From NCBI RefSeq assembly GCF_006345805.1, contig NC_043004.1:9362001-9426000 (forward strand): 64,000 nt of DNA. Direction: 5' to 3'. The notes beneath the pieces were generated by a model that made no database searches, was not told the origin of the DNA, and was given only the letters and a program-made list of their open reading frames with translations. Below are positions 1-12,930 of this stretch, piece by piece. The position numbers and the translations under genes were made by a program. Origin of the DNA: Octopus sinensis. Its lineage: Eukaryota. Numbering within the stretch: the stretch's first letter is position 1; every line of letters starts with the position of its first letter.

Positions 1-234
1 AGAAACAAGAAATTTTATTAAAATAATAACTAACTTCGGTAGAATGACAGAAGCTATGGAGAAATGCTTTGCGTTGCCGATGTCATCGATTTGATTGCTA
101 CTTGTTCGATCGATTCTCGAAACAGCAAAGCCCTGAGTGTTCAATAAATATTAATGTCGGATTTATTTTAAACTAAAAATGATTTTACAAGTCATTGATT
201 AAAATGATTTGTTCTGTCAAGAGACGCCTCAACA

Positions 235-454
235 CAAGCACTACAAGCTAAGGGGTCACAAGCACCACAAACTAAGGGGCTACAAGCCCTACAAGCTAAG
301 GGGCCACAAACACCATTAACTAAGGGGCCACAAGCACCACAAACTCAGTGGCTACAAGCTCCACAAGCTAAGGGGCTACAAGCACTACAAGCTAAGGAGC
401 CACAAGCACTGCAAGCTAAAGGGCCACAAGCACCACAAGCTAAGGGGCCACAAG
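235..454 (+). repeat. 24-bp minisatellite, 9 units plus partial (consensus CAAGCACCACAAGCTAAGGGGCCA)
   Basis: Units start at 235, 259, 283 ... 427, 451 with an exact 24-bp period, no indels and scattered substitutions. Confidence 0.95.
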
Positions 455-489
455 TCCCGAATTCATTCCAGCTAAGTATTCTACATCAA

Positions 490-770
490 GGTGGCGATCT
501 GCCAGAATCCTTATCAAGTCGGACAGAATGCTGGGCGGCGTTGCTTTCAGCTCTTGCGCTCTGAGCTCAAATCAGGCTGAGGTCAATTAGCTTTTCATGA
601 ACTGGAGTCGATGTACTCAACTTGCCATCCTCCCCTCAAAAGCTGCCCTTGGACCCGGCTAAGGACCAGCGTCCCGTTTAGGGAGAATGTTGTGATCTCG
701 ACCACTCATACGCCATAGAAACGGGTCACCGGCCTTCAGAGTCCTAGGGCTCAGGAAAAAAACCTTCTAC
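490..770 (+). mobile_element. Degraded tRNA-derived SINE (family 1)
   Basis: ggtggcgatctgccagaatcc...ctgagctcaaatcaggctgaggtc resembles the better-preserved copies at 4635-4855 and 46690-46800. Confidence 0.55.
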
Positions 771-1295
771 TTTTATAGTTGAAATAATTATTTTCCCACA
801 TAAAGCAGTGTCGTACCTTATGTAGAATTTCATTTGCCCATCTTAGCTTTGCAGACGAAGCTAGCTGACGAACGGTTTATTGAGCGATCAGAGGTTCGTA
901 TCCAACTCTCAGCACTAGGCTTTATATATCTGTCCTAAGAAAATATTACCGCCCAGTAACCACTTAAAAATAAGGAGTTTGGAACACAAATTTCGAAGCC
1001 TTCTTTGCCGATAAAGATAAAAAAAAAGGAAGAAGTCTGGAAACTAAAAAAAAAAAACAGAAAAATAAAGATTTTAAAGAAATGAAGCGCGTGCACGAAA
1101 CTGGTACCAAGTCTTTGGTGTGGCGTTATATTCATTTCTAGTCGCATTTTTCAAAATCTCATTAGAAAAACCCTTCCGACCTCTTATTGGTGTTTACCAA
1201 GAGGAAATTCGATCTAAAATTTCATCAAGAAAGAAATTAGTTTCTCTTGAGATGTTTGCTCATTAGAACCAACGTTTTCATTAAGATTTACACAC

Positions 1296-1296
<1 letters not shown>

Positions 1297-1360
<64 letters not shown>
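1297..1360. repeat. (CT)n microsatellite
   Basis: Pure CT run. Confidence 0.95.
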
Positions 1361-1364
<4 letters not shown>

Positions 1365-1864
1365 TCTCCCCAACAGCACCATTCCTGTCCCAAACTGTTT
1401 GTCTCTCTGTTTGTCCCATCACGCTGTTAGGCCGCCGTCCATATACGACCATCAACCCCGTTGTCCGTTCAAATGGTAGTTTGGTGGATTGTATCGTTTT
1501 GCAAAGTAGAGGCGTTTCTTTTTCTTTCTTTTTCTTTCTTTTTCTTTGTTTTCTGTTCCGTATTCAAACACACAGTAATTACACACACGCATATAAGCAT
1601 ACACCTACACAGACAAGGTAGCATGCTGATATATACACACATATCCACACTACCACATCACTCGTTCTTCCTGTTTTTACCTCTCATTCGCGGATTATCC
1701 TTTTCTTTTCTCTCGTTTTGTTTATATTCCTTCTTCTTCCCACTCCACACAATTATAGGAACGAACACAGATGCGCGCGCGTGCGTATGATAATAGAAGG
1801 ACAGGGGTGGGGGTGGGGGGGCTAAAATTGAAAACATGAATGTTATTAAAATAAAAACTCTACA

Positions 1865-2439
1865 AACACACGCACACACACACACAAATAAACACAAACA
1901 CACACACATACATATACAAACATGCACACTCATATATGTATGTATATATATATTTACATACACACGGACACAAATATATACATATAAATACATAAATGTA
2001 CCTGTGTGCATATATACATACATATATACATATATATTTATATATATATATATATGTGTGTATGTGTGTCTGCATGTATATATATATATATGTGCGTGAG
2101 TGTATGTATGCATGTACGTATGTACGCATGTATGTTTATATGAATCTATGTATGTATGTATGTATGTATGTATGTATGTGTGTATGTATGTATGTATGTT
2201 TGTATGTATGTATGTATGTATGCATGTATGTATGTATGTATGCATGCATGTATGTATGTATGTATGTATGTATGTATGTGTGTATGTATGTATGTATGCA
2301 TGTATGTATGTATGTATGCATGCATGTATGTATGTATGTATGTATGTATGTATGCATGCATGTATGTATGTATGTGTGTATGTTTGTATGTATGCATGTA
2401 CGTATGTATGTATGCATGTATGTATGTATGCATGCATGC

Positions 2440-2472
<33 letters not shown>

Positions 2473-2550
2473 TGCATGTACGTATGTATGTATGTATGTA
2501 TGTATGTATGTATGTATGTATGTATGTATATATGTATGTATGTATGTATA
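1865..2550. repeat. Compound (CA)n/(TA)n/(TATG)n microsatellite
   Basis: Long TATG array from ~2100 to 2550. It generates the spurious YVCM/HTYI ORFs. Confidence 0.95.
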
Positions 2551-2808
2551 GGGATGTATACAGTTTCCATTTCAATAACATTCCTTTTCCATTTTCTCTC
2601 CATTTTCCATTAAATATTCTTTTTTGAAATTATATCCACCTCCACGCACACCTCCACGCACACCTTCACCCACACATCCATACACATGGCCATACCACTT
2701 AGATACAGCGAAATTCACATTCTGACACATAAAAAAAAAGTTTTTTGTTTCCAATCTCTCTGTTTCGCTCTGTTTATATCTCTTTGTCTACTTTTCTCTC
2801 TCTCTTTA

Positions 2809-2912
<104 letters not shown>

Positions 2913-3774
2913 CGGGGCAGGGCCCATGGACAACATCCAAAGATCCCTGGCCTGGCAGTGCTACCGAGAAGCGCTACGCGTTCGGGATAAGCTCTACAGA
3001 CACAGCTCGAGAAACACGGGGCCGACCTGCCCGAGATGCGGTCAGAGCGACGAAACCGTTCTGCACGCACTCGTGCAGTGTCCAACAATTTCCGACCTGT
3101 GGGCTTATGTCGAACAACTGCTGTCACGTGTGGGACGAGTCGGTTTATCAGCCGAGTCTATCGTCAATATTGTCACGCTTCCTTCCTTCAAACGAGAAAG
3201 AAGAGCTATTTTCATCATCCTTGTGGCTATGGCGAAAGAATGTATCTGGTGGACACGTCTGAAAGGATTGGAGACAAACACTTTCCTCTCTGGCCAATCT
3301 CTTATCAACTTCTTCAAGTATCATTTGAAAAGGAAAGTGAGAGTAGAGAGGCAAGTTTTGTCTAGCGAATGTTTTAAAAAAAGATGGGTGAATGTAGCAA
3401 GGATGGCACGTATCAATGAGCATAATCCTATGAACCCGAAAATTTGAAACAGGGTTACCTACTTGCAAACAAAAGTGGTAACATGTAACAATATTGACCG
3501 AGGTTACCGTGGTCTTTTCCGTAGGCTTTACTTCCCACGGATAAACCTTATCTGCTTCTCCCTTTACACCTTACATCATGACACTCATACACGATCCCTT
3601 TTGATCATTTTTTTGTTTCTTCCCTTTTTTTTCTTCTTTCCTCTTTCCCTTTTATGATCCCTTTTGATCAAAAACCTACCCCACCTTTATATTTTTTTCT
3701 CTCCCCCAAAAGGATAAGCTCTACTTTGTAATCTGTCCCGTCTGTGTGCAGCCCTGTGTGGCTAATAAAGAAAC
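2913..3774 (+). mobile_element. 5'-truncated Tx1/L1-clade LINE: ORF2 C-terminus with zf-RVT zinc finger plus 3' UTR
   Basis: Open frame to TGA at 3445-3447 encoding ...LAWQCYREALRVRDKL...CPRCGQSDETVLHALVQC...IWWTR (CCHC motif typical of L1/Tx1 ORF2). AATAAA at 3764-3769, then TCTA repeats resume at 3777. Confidence 0.85.
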
Positions 3775-3971
3775 ATATCTATCTATCTCACTACATGCGC
3801 ACACACGCAAGCAAACACGCATGTTCGATACGTGTATACCCACACACGTGAATACAGCACGTTACCACGCGTTCGGGCGGAGAGGAAGGCCGATTACGGG
3901 TACACACACATACACGCACGCACCCACATATACGTAGCATAAAAATATATAAACATATACATGTGACTGGG

Positions 3972-4015
<44 letters not shown>

Positions 4016-4634
4016 GGGTGTGTGTGTGTGTGTGTGTGGTGTGTGTGTATGTGTGTACTTAATGATATAGATATGTGCATATTATTCATATAAATATATA
4101 TGCATATATAAATGTATATAAATATTCACACACACACACACACACGCACCCATACATAGCATAAAAATATATAAACAGGTATACATATGACTGGGTATGA
4201 TGTATACATTATATATATAATATATATATATATATATAATGATATAGATATGAGCATATATATTCATGTAAATACATACTCATATATACATGCATATAAA
4301 TATTCACACGCACACTATTGCGTTTCACTGTTTTTACCAAATAAACCGTACTCGTATTCCTATTTCCTCCGTAGCTCTGCCTTCGTCTGACTCTACCTTA
4401 GCTGCACTACCTCTCTCTCTCTATTAATCCTTTTCTCACTCTCTTTCTTTCTTTTACCATTCCTTTCTATCTTTCTTTCCTTCATTCTTTCTCTCTGTCT
4501 TCGTCTCCTCTCCTTCTCTGTCATATTTTCTATCTTTACGTTAACGCAATTAAGATTTATATGAGTGAAAATCACACTTTTAATGTGTGTGTGTGTGTGT
4601 GTGTGTGTGTTTGTGTATGTGATTGCCCGTGTGT

Positions 4635-4855
4635 GGCAAAGTCGACCTCGGTGGGATTTGAACTCAGAACGTAGCGGCAGACGAAATACCGCTAAGTATT
4701 TCGCCCGGCATGCTAACGTTTCTGCCAGCTCGCCGCTTTCGAAAGAATGAAAGGCAAAGTCGACCTCAGCGGAATTTGAACTCAGAACTTAAAGATGGAC
4801 GAAATATCACTAAGCATTTCGCCCGGCGTGTTAACGTTTCTGCCAAGTCGCCGCC
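4635..4855 (-). mobile_element. Two tandem 5' heads of tRNA-derived SINE family 1
   Basis: The reverse complement gives ggcggcgagctggcagaaacgttagc...ttctgagttcaaatYccRccgaggtcgactttgcc twice (4635-4737, 4745-4855), with A/B-box-like motifs. Confidence 0.85.
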
Positions 4856-4924
4856 GGGAAGAGTTTTTATTCACTCCTCTCATCTCACTGGCCACAAGTT
4901 CTACGTGCGTGCTTGCATTTTAGT

Positions 4925-7080
4925 TTGGTATTGTATTGTGATATGAGACTATAGTTTCCAGAGATAGTCGTGTATTTTTGTGTGAAGTTTTATAAAGCTT
5001 GTAATTATTCTCCTCTAATATTTTCCTAATTTCATTTTGTTGCGCGTGGAGTAATATTCTGCAATAACTCCATGTTGTAAGTACATAGTGAGCCTATGTG
5101 ATAGTGTTGTACTAGCCTGTCCAATGTAACAACTGGTCTCCGATAGTTTAAAACTCAGTTTTAATGTCAGACTGATTCCCTTGGACATCCACTGTTTCTC
5201 CTTGGGCTCTGGTGTATTACTGCTGTTTTTAAAGATTATAATTAAAGTTTAGGGTCAACTATGATGTAATTTGAGTTCCGTTTTATGAGGGTTTTAATAA
5301 AATGGTCATCAGTTTGATAGCTTTGTGCTTTCATTTCTCGTGGCAGATTTTATGAGTGGTTTGAGTATTTCTGTTGGGTGTATTCTCTGATATACATTTG
5401 TGATATTGTAAAGTGTTTGTATCCTTCTCGTAGAGCTTGTTCCACAAGTCTATTAGAATATCAGTTGATATTAGAATATCTGTCGGTAACATTTTATTCT
5501 ACGTATTCCTTTCTCACCATCTTTAAACCATAGACCCCTTTCATTAATATTTTACTCTGGTTGCCCCCCCCCACTCCATAACCATTTAACATTTTAAAAA
5601 TCCTGTTGGATTTTCATAACTAAATATTATTAAGAAATTATTAAAATATTTTGTGTCTGATAAGCAATTTATTGCACATTAACTTTTAACAAAATTCTAT
5701 AGAATATGAATGCTTAATAATAAAATGATTCATACATATACAAAGATATATTTATTAAAAAAGAAAAGATACTGCTTTAGTATTACTTCAATGCGAGCCT
5801 TTGTCGTTGATGCTGGGTGTTTTATACACTGTTACTATGTAAATTGGACTATGTCAATTGGACACCCAATTTACAATTTTGTTTGCGCGGACCCCACGAA
5901 ATATTATCTGGACGCCGCAGGGATCATATGGACTCTGGTTTGGAGCCACTGCTCTACTGAATGAGAATATAAATGCTCTTCTTGGGCGTGATTTTACACC
6001 TGACATCTTATAGTTGTGTGGACACTTAATATCTCTGAGTAAGTCTATGCATTTGTTGGATATTTCGGTCTCTACTGACGTACCATGTCTCTTTCTTTCG
6101 ATCCTCAGCTGTAGATCGAAAAACCAAGTCTGCTTGTTACATTTTAGTCCTGAGTGGTTTTCCAAGTATTCCTTTCGACTCCCGACTTACTTAAGCGTAT
6201 CCACTCGGGTAGCATCTACGTATCTGATGTATATCATGTGTTTATGTTTGATATTGTGTTTTCTTTTGTGGACAGACAGAATGCTATAAACGTTGGTCCT
6301 AGGAACGAGCCCATGTCCAGTTCATCCGTTTGTTTATAGATTAATAAGCAACCGAAAGACACTTCATTTGCGCATATTGTAAATAGATCTTTTTAATAAG
6401 TTTGCTGGTGCAAGGGTGGCTTTCTTTGCGGGTGTATATATAAATTCTCTATTTTGATTACCATTCCTTCTGTCACTGAGACATTGCTAAAAAACACTTC
6501 CCTACATTAATGTGGAGATGGAACCTTTAGTATCTGTTTATAGATTTATAAGCATTCCGTAGTTTTTTGGTAATATTGTATTTTTGCTTGAAGAATGAAT
6601 ATATTAGTGTATTATTCGGTTTATTATGAGTCAGAAAGGGTCTTTTGCTTGTGCACTTTAGTTGCGCCATCCCAGCCCCCCATACACACGCACAGATATG
6701 TATGTACACACACATATTCTTTTTGCAAATTGGATCTCGATGTACATACGAAGCTATTAATAATAGCATATAGATATTGGGCTGGAAACCCTTTTGGGAT
6801 AGAAAACCGGGAAGGCTGCTCACAAGCCACAAATTCATGTCTCCTGTATACACAACAAGCGTTCTACCAAAAGGGTTTTCCAACCATGTACATTGAAACC
6901 CAAATTCACACCAAGATTTTTCCTCGTTCTTCGGAATGTTTATAGATTCTTATAAATATCATTTAATGCACATAGTAATTTAATTAAAACTGTTATTAAT
7001 TTTATGTTGTGAGAATACAATACACCGACAAGTTTGTGTTTTAAAGCAATCTTTCAGACTAACATATGCAACAATGGTGG
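4925..7080 (-). mobile_element. Degraded Penelope-like element (RT + GIY-YIG endonuclease pseudogene)
   Basis: Minus-strand motifs: YKQTDELDMGSFLGPT (6293-6338), YIRYVDA (6211-6231), ENHSGLKC, IKCPHNYKMS, and GIY-YIG-like CYIGQASTTLSHRLTMYL (~5085-5131). Many stops and frameshifts; boundaries approximate. Confidence 0.8.
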
Positions 7081-8009
7081 TCATTTTTGAAAACCAGCGA
7101 GAAAGGACGCTGGTTTTTGAGAAAACACGAGAAAGGGCAAAGGGTAGCTAAAAGCAGAAAGTGACAAAAATAACCAACAAAAGACGAATAAAAGTAAATC
7201 AAGAGTTCTATCATTTTGCCCGTTCGAATCAGTATTTATCTACAGTGTTCGTGTCAGAATTAAAATGGTCGATGTAAATTAATTCGATGGGGAGAAGGTC
7301 AACGCCTGAGAAATTGCGCGTCTACATTTAATAAAAATTTCAGATCTGGAATTTACAGCTATAAAGAATTTGAGATCTTTCGTCCTCAGAAAGCATGCAT
7401 CTCTTTGAACCATTTACATATGGTGTGAATCGCTACACGATGCTCCATTTGATGGCGTGTAGTGTGCGGTTGGCCTTCAAATCCTCGATATTCTCTTGGG
7501 TGGGACTCGATAAAATATGTAAATGGGTTTGATGTAATCAACTTGTTCCTTCCGCTTAAAATTTGTTGCCAAATATATAAAAAAAAAAGATGAGAAAGAC
7601 AAATTAAATATCACAAGGTATTTTGTCATCAGCTCTTTTGCCTCTTCTAAACATTCAATATTTAGGAAGCGCCAGAAGTCAACGAGAGATCATTTGTTTA
7701 TCCTATTTACGTTATATATTAGATAAAACTCTCTCAAATAGCAGGTCGGAGTTTAAAAGAGAACGAGATAGCCAAGGACAATGGTGGCGAACTGTCGGAG
7801 CGAGGGATGGAATCGACACCTTGCGCTCTGAGTCCAAATCCTGTGATGGTCAAAATGTTTCTTGGACAACATCGCTGGCGTGAAAAAGAGGGGAGACATA
7901 AATACGTGGACAACGGTCAGTTTTCCTAAATAGAAACTAAAAACTTAACCCACGTTTCCACATGCAGATATGTTTCCTAAGTAGTGATATTGTCTTCTTT
8001 TAACTGTAG

Positions 8010-8165
8010 GCACGTGACCGGAAATCTCGGATCGAATATTTCGATCCCAGTGCTTGGATGGTAATTATTCTATCGGCCACAAAATGAAAGGAAAAGTTGA
8101 CGTAAAGCGGAACGAAATGCTCCTCAATGTTTTGTCTGCCGTGCTAACGATACTGGCAGCTCGCC
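8010..8165 (-). mobile_element. Degraded SINE family 1 copy
   Basis: Ends in gtgctaacgatactggcagctcgcc, the reverse complement of the SINE head. Confidence 0.6.
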
Positions 8166-8597
8166 ATTTCAGGTAGGTGTACATTAGATTGACGCTTTGG
8201 GTATGACTTAGGATTGCATGTCGTAGTGGGACCCTGGTTCAGGAATGGCCGGAGTTTGAGCAGGGTTTTGAGATTAAGCTATTGAGTTAGTGGTGAACAT
8301 CTTTAGAAGCTGAGCGGATGAACTGTTATCAAACTAACAATGGCCAAGATCAAACAGTTCAGCTACCAAACTATTGCAATCAATCTGTGGTCATGGCGTG
8401 GCTCAATTGAGGTATTCAGCAATCGAGATATGACTTTTTGGTCCTGGCAAGTCGCCCGACCTGATGATGGCGATATTACATAATGGAACTGAAGACAACC
8501 AGTAGAGATCTGAACTCAGAACTAAAATGAATTAACTAAATACTAGCATACGTTTTGTTCAGCAATAATTTTGACCGAAACACTTTCATTTTAACAC

Positions 8598-8641
<44 letters not shown>

Positions 8642-8661
8642 ACATTAGTAGTAACAGTAAC

Positions 8662-8701
<40 letters not shown>

Positions 8702-8750
8702 ACAGTAGTAGTAGTAGTATTTGTAGTAGTAGTAGTAGTAGTAGTAATTG
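8598..8750. repeat. (GTA)n trinucleotide microsatellite
   Basis: Long GTA run; source of the poly-Val ORF 8555-8803. Confidence 0.95.
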
Positions 8751-8950
8751 TTGCTGTTGTTGCTGTTGCCCTGCTGTTATCGGTCTTTCTGTTGGTTTCT
8801 TAAAACTATTTTAATTCTCATTCTCATTTGTGAAATGCCTCCAAGGCATTTTAATAATAAACTCTCTCTCCTTTTTAGTCATCGCTTAAGTTGCCTTCAA
8901 CCGAACCATTACTAGTATCAATCTCATCATTGTCCCTCTCTCTACATCCC

Positions 8951-8987
<37 letters not shown>

Positions 8988-9275
8988 CTCATTCTCCTCC
9001 TATCAGGTCTTCCGTTTTCTTAGTCAATCTATTTTTTCCTCCTGTTTACATATTTACACACACACACACAGGCACGCTCACACGCATGTTCACACACTCA
9101 CACAGACACACCCACCCACTTGTACGCATGCTGTATGTGTTCGTACATATACATACATACATACATACAACATACATACAACATACATACATACATACAT
9201 ATATATATATATGTATATATATATATATGTATATATGTATATATATATATACAGATATATATATACATATATATA

Positions 9276-9322
<47 letters not shown>

Positions 9323-9353
9323 CCTCTCTTCCTTCTCTCTATGCACACCACAA

Positions 9354-9393
<40 letters not shown>

Positions 9394-9774
9394 CACACAC
9401 ACACACACACACACCACAATATGTATAATATATATATGTATGTATGTAGAGAGAGAACGAGAAAGACAGAAAGAGAGAGAAGGAAAGAAAGGAAGAAAAA
9501 CAAAAAGGATGAAGGAGTGAGAGACGTATAAGTTATAGAATTTTGATTTGGGCTCCAAGTTTCGCAGCCGAATTAACTTGTCCCATTAAGCAAAACTTGA
9601 AATCTCAATCAAAATGAATTCTACAATAAATTTGGTTTTGCTGTCAGTACTGAGTATTCACCGTGAGTAAATATTTGCTCATAGCCGTGAAGAAACAATT
9701 CTTCCAAATATGAAAAAGTATATACATACATATATATATATAATATATATATATATATAATATATATATATATA

Positions 9775-10233
9775 CCAGCAGTAATATCTGTCGTTAATCC
9801 GGTATTTACTTATACAGTTTCTCGGGCGGAGACACCGGAAAAATGGGGTATATCACATAGAATAATTATTTCTTTATTTGCAGGATTATTTCTGAAGAAT
9901 AGCTTTACGGAATTCAGATGACTGCGAGGGCAATATTAAGTTGTCACTGATCGTTTTGACGTTCGAATAGGTGGTGTGCCGAAGGAGAATTGAAAGATTC
10001 AGGCTGAATGTGAATAAAGCTAGAAGAATAGCTATATCATATAGAAGAATAGCTTTACGGACTCCAGATGACTGTACGATGGCACTGAGAAGGCTACATG
10101 TGAAGTGAAGACCCACTTGTCACAGTTCTTTTGACATTTGAATAGGCCCAAGGAGAATTGAAAGATTCAGTTTCGAATCTGGACCAGAGGGAAACTACGA
10201 CAACAGATTTAGGTTTTCTCGTGCTGTGTGTGT

Positions 10234-10319
<86 letters not shown>

Positions 10320-10789
10320 CGTGTGCGCGTGTGTGTGTGTGTTATATAAGAGAAAAACATGTAATAATTGAAGTAGAAAAAAGATGGATTTCGTATACGA
10401 ACTTTTGCTTGTTCTTCCAGTTACAACCCAGTAACTTTTAGTGTTTGGCTCTGACTTTTATTAATGCTCATGGCAAAAGCAGGTGGGATGTGAAACTGTA
10501 ACGGCTTAAAATGGAATGGAACATTAGATGGTATCACTGGCATGCGAAGAATGAAGGCGGTGTCGCATTTACCACGACCAGTGAGAATATTTGCCTTAAT
10601 GCAGTTCCTCAAAGGTTTATGCACAATTATTGTTGTACCATTGCATAATTTTTGGTCAAACAAATTAGGAAATAGCATAATAGGAGATACAAAAACAGCA
10701 TAATAGCTATCTTGAACCATTTACTTTCGTTATGGTGGACAAACAACCGAACAAACACACATGTGGACAGAATCTCTCATATATATCGA
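9775..10789 (-). mobile_element. Non-autonomous Helitron carrying a PIF1-helicase remnant
   Basis: On the minus strand it begins A|TC at 10789 and ends ...ttactgCTGG|T at 9775 (CTRR). It contains the helicase fragment listed separately and an internal ~165-bp diverged duplication (9893-10180). Confidence 0.65.
10421..10670 (-). pseudogene. Helitron Rep/Hel PIF1-family helicase C-terminal fragment
   Basis: LCNGTTIIV...ILTG...FILRMPVIPSNVPFHFKPLQFHIPPAFAMSINKSQSQTLKVTGL matches the PIF1 motif LCNGTRL...FIPRIPLIP...FKRLQFP.RLAFAMTINKSQGQTL. Confidence 0.9.
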
Positions 10790-10793
10790 TATA

Positions 10794-11655
10794 CAGGATG
10801 CGGTGAATAAGCTGCCATCCAAATTACGCAAAAACACTGACATCTCATCTTAACAGATATATTTGCCAGAATTACATTAAAATATCTTGAAATACTAAAG
10901 AGTAAATTTGTTCATTAAAATTCGCCATTGGCTTCAACTTCGGCCTCCAGACGACTTCAGAATCTCCTGCAACATTTCTGGGCGGTCTCCTTGTTTAAGC
11001 TGGCGAATGCTGCTATAATCCTTGCTTTCAGTTCATCTTTGATGTTACAAGAAGTTTTACTGGTTTGTCGCTCAATTGCGTCCCACACATAATAAGGGGT
11101 TGCAGTCTGGAGAGTTAGGTAGCCAGATGTTAGGCGTGAAGTGGTTGCAGAAATTGTCAACCATGACTGGGTTCTCCTGCTTGTGTGGCATGGTACAGTG
11201 TCCTGGTGTCCGACATAAAGTCTTCCAGAAGCCATCCTGTTGACCCGGGCAGCACTACTTCCTCCAGGCACTTGATGTACGCCTGTTAAGTGTGAAGCCG
11301 TGTGGTAACATAAATGGAAGTGTAACGTCGCCATCACTAGTGATTACTCCAAACACCATGATGTTGACTGGATGTTTGATTGTTATCACTTTTGGTACAT
11401 GTCCTCAGATTGTACTGTTCTACAACTGACACCCAAACGTTCGGAAATGCTCGTATTGGAGTTTCCGGCGCGAATGCGAAGCAGTAAAGCATGTCATTTC
11501 CAAATTTCTGGTAGAGTGAATTGCGTCATGGTGCTGGCTTTCTCACAGACGGCGTCCAACTGACCCTACTGTACTGTGTAGTCGACAAAATCAAAAAGAA
11601 TGTGCATGCGCAAATTAAAAATATGAGATGGCGACAATTTACCCATCGCACCCTG
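10794..11655 (-). mobile_element. Internally deleted Tc1/mariner transposon, DD37D (maT-like)
   Basis: Degenerate TIRs caggatgcggtgaataagctgccatc / atggcgacaatttacccatcgcaccctg, with TA on the left. Transposase remnants PVNIMVFGVITSDG, HQDTVPCHTSRRTQSWL, IWLPNSPDCNP, YYVWDAIE. D-to-D spacing is ~37 after correcting frameshifts. Confidence 0.8.
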
Positions 11656-11734
11656 TGTGGTGTGTGTGTGTATATATATAGATATATCAGTGAAAAGTAA
11701 TTCTTATCATATATATATATATATATATATATAT

Positions 11735-12030
11735 AAACAGAATGAGGTAAAAAGAAATCCCAGGCTGTGAAAGGTTTCAGAACATTTATAAAGAGGAGGT
11801 CTTACAGCTGTTTCTGGGATATTTTACATATCCCTTAATCGGAGACAGTGTGAGAAGATGATTAAGCAATAGTTATTCTAGATAAGATAAGAAATAGAGA
11901 ATGAAGAGAAAAAATGAAAATAGACTTGAGATATGCAGGGATATTGTATCTGAAGTTCCATTATTTAGGCAAAATGGTATACATATAAGATTCCTGTACC
12001 TTGTGAGTAAGTTCCAATAGTATTTAAAAT
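11735..12030 (-). mobile_element. Short repeat family A (probable Penelope pseudo-LTR), copy with mutated hammerhead core
   Basis: Homologous to 15615-15800 and 59066-59330 and flanked by (TA)n. The hammerhead-like fold at 11799-11846 has core CCGATTA. Confidence 0.7.
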
Positions 12031-12221
12031 TGGTCATTTATATATATATATATATATACGCATACTGACATATGACCTACGTTGGACTCCTCATTCACAT
12101 AATCACCGAACCTGGAGCTAAAGTATAGTCTGTCCATGGCACTTACTCAGCATTACCTGACATCCTTGGGTCTTCTTGATACTATTATCTCTCATAACTT
12201 ATATATATATAATATGTGACA

Positions 12222-12473
12222 ATTATTCGGTATCCATGATAAAACTCCGAGTTTCGGATGTCGAGGCAGAAACCCACGCCGCCATCTCTTCAGTTACCGG
12301 TCCATCGTAAACAATGCTATGAAAATGCATAGCATTTTTTTCGATGGACCGATAACTGAAGAGATGTGGCGTGAGTTTCTACCCCGACATCCGAAACTCG
12401 GAGTTTTATTATGGCTACCGAATAATAAATTCCTCTATTTACATAATATCGAGGTCTCTTTCATTCATTTCTA
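12222..12473. mobile_element. Repeat family D: head-to-head inverted pseudo-LTR pair (~205-bp hairpin) plus tail
   Basis: 12222-12426 is a near-perfect inverted repeat. The same family occurs at 31735-31950, and each arm contains CTGAAGA...GAAACTCGGAGTT. Confidence 0.8.
12351..12410 (+). ncRNA. Type I hammerhead ribozyme-like motif (family D, right arm)
   Basis: Helix I gataa/ttatt; core CTGAAGA 12356-12362; helix II gatgt..acatc; GAAA 12393-12396; palindromic helix III ctcggag; triplet GUU. A mirror copy lies on the minus strand at ~12238-12298. Confidence 0.65.
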
Positions 12474-12892
12474 CCAATAAACACCCACCCACCCACACAC
12501 ACCCACACACACACATATATATATATATATAGATAGATAGATAGATAGATATATATATACATACACATATATCGTTTTGGGATTTGTTTTGCTAGATTCT
12601 TTATATGAGTTCGTGTGTTGAAGCATAATCTGTTGTGTCTGGGGAGAGTTATTCTCGTTTAGGGCCTTATAATTTAACACAGTCACTGGTAAGATTTCCA
12701 TTCATTTACTTATTTAGTAAAAAAAAATTTCGTTGCGTCTTGCAACCTTTTTAATAGTTGTTGACTGTCCGTTATTCAAATTGCGTTCTTTTTGTTCGTT
12801 TGTGCGCATGTGTGTGCGCATACACATGCCTGTCTGTATGCATGTTTGTATGTATGCATGTGAGTGTATGCATGTATGTATGCGTGTGCGAG

Positions 12893-12930
<38 letters not shown>

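Noticed and set aside
235-454. CRISPR-like array
   Set aside because: Units are contiguous with no unique spacers, and the context is eukaryotic with no cas genes.
1658-2627. Long ORFs (up to 307 aa) of HTYI/YVCM repeats, and similar ones at 9046-9558, 26543-27034, 43720-44796 and 61265-61775
   Set aside because: Translations of (TATG)n, (TA)n and (CA)n microsatellites, which lack stop codons in several frames.
11799-11846. Family A hammerhead copies here and at 59087-59134 as active ribozymes
   Set aside because: G8 is mutated (CCGATTA, CCGATAA), breaking the C3-G8 pair.
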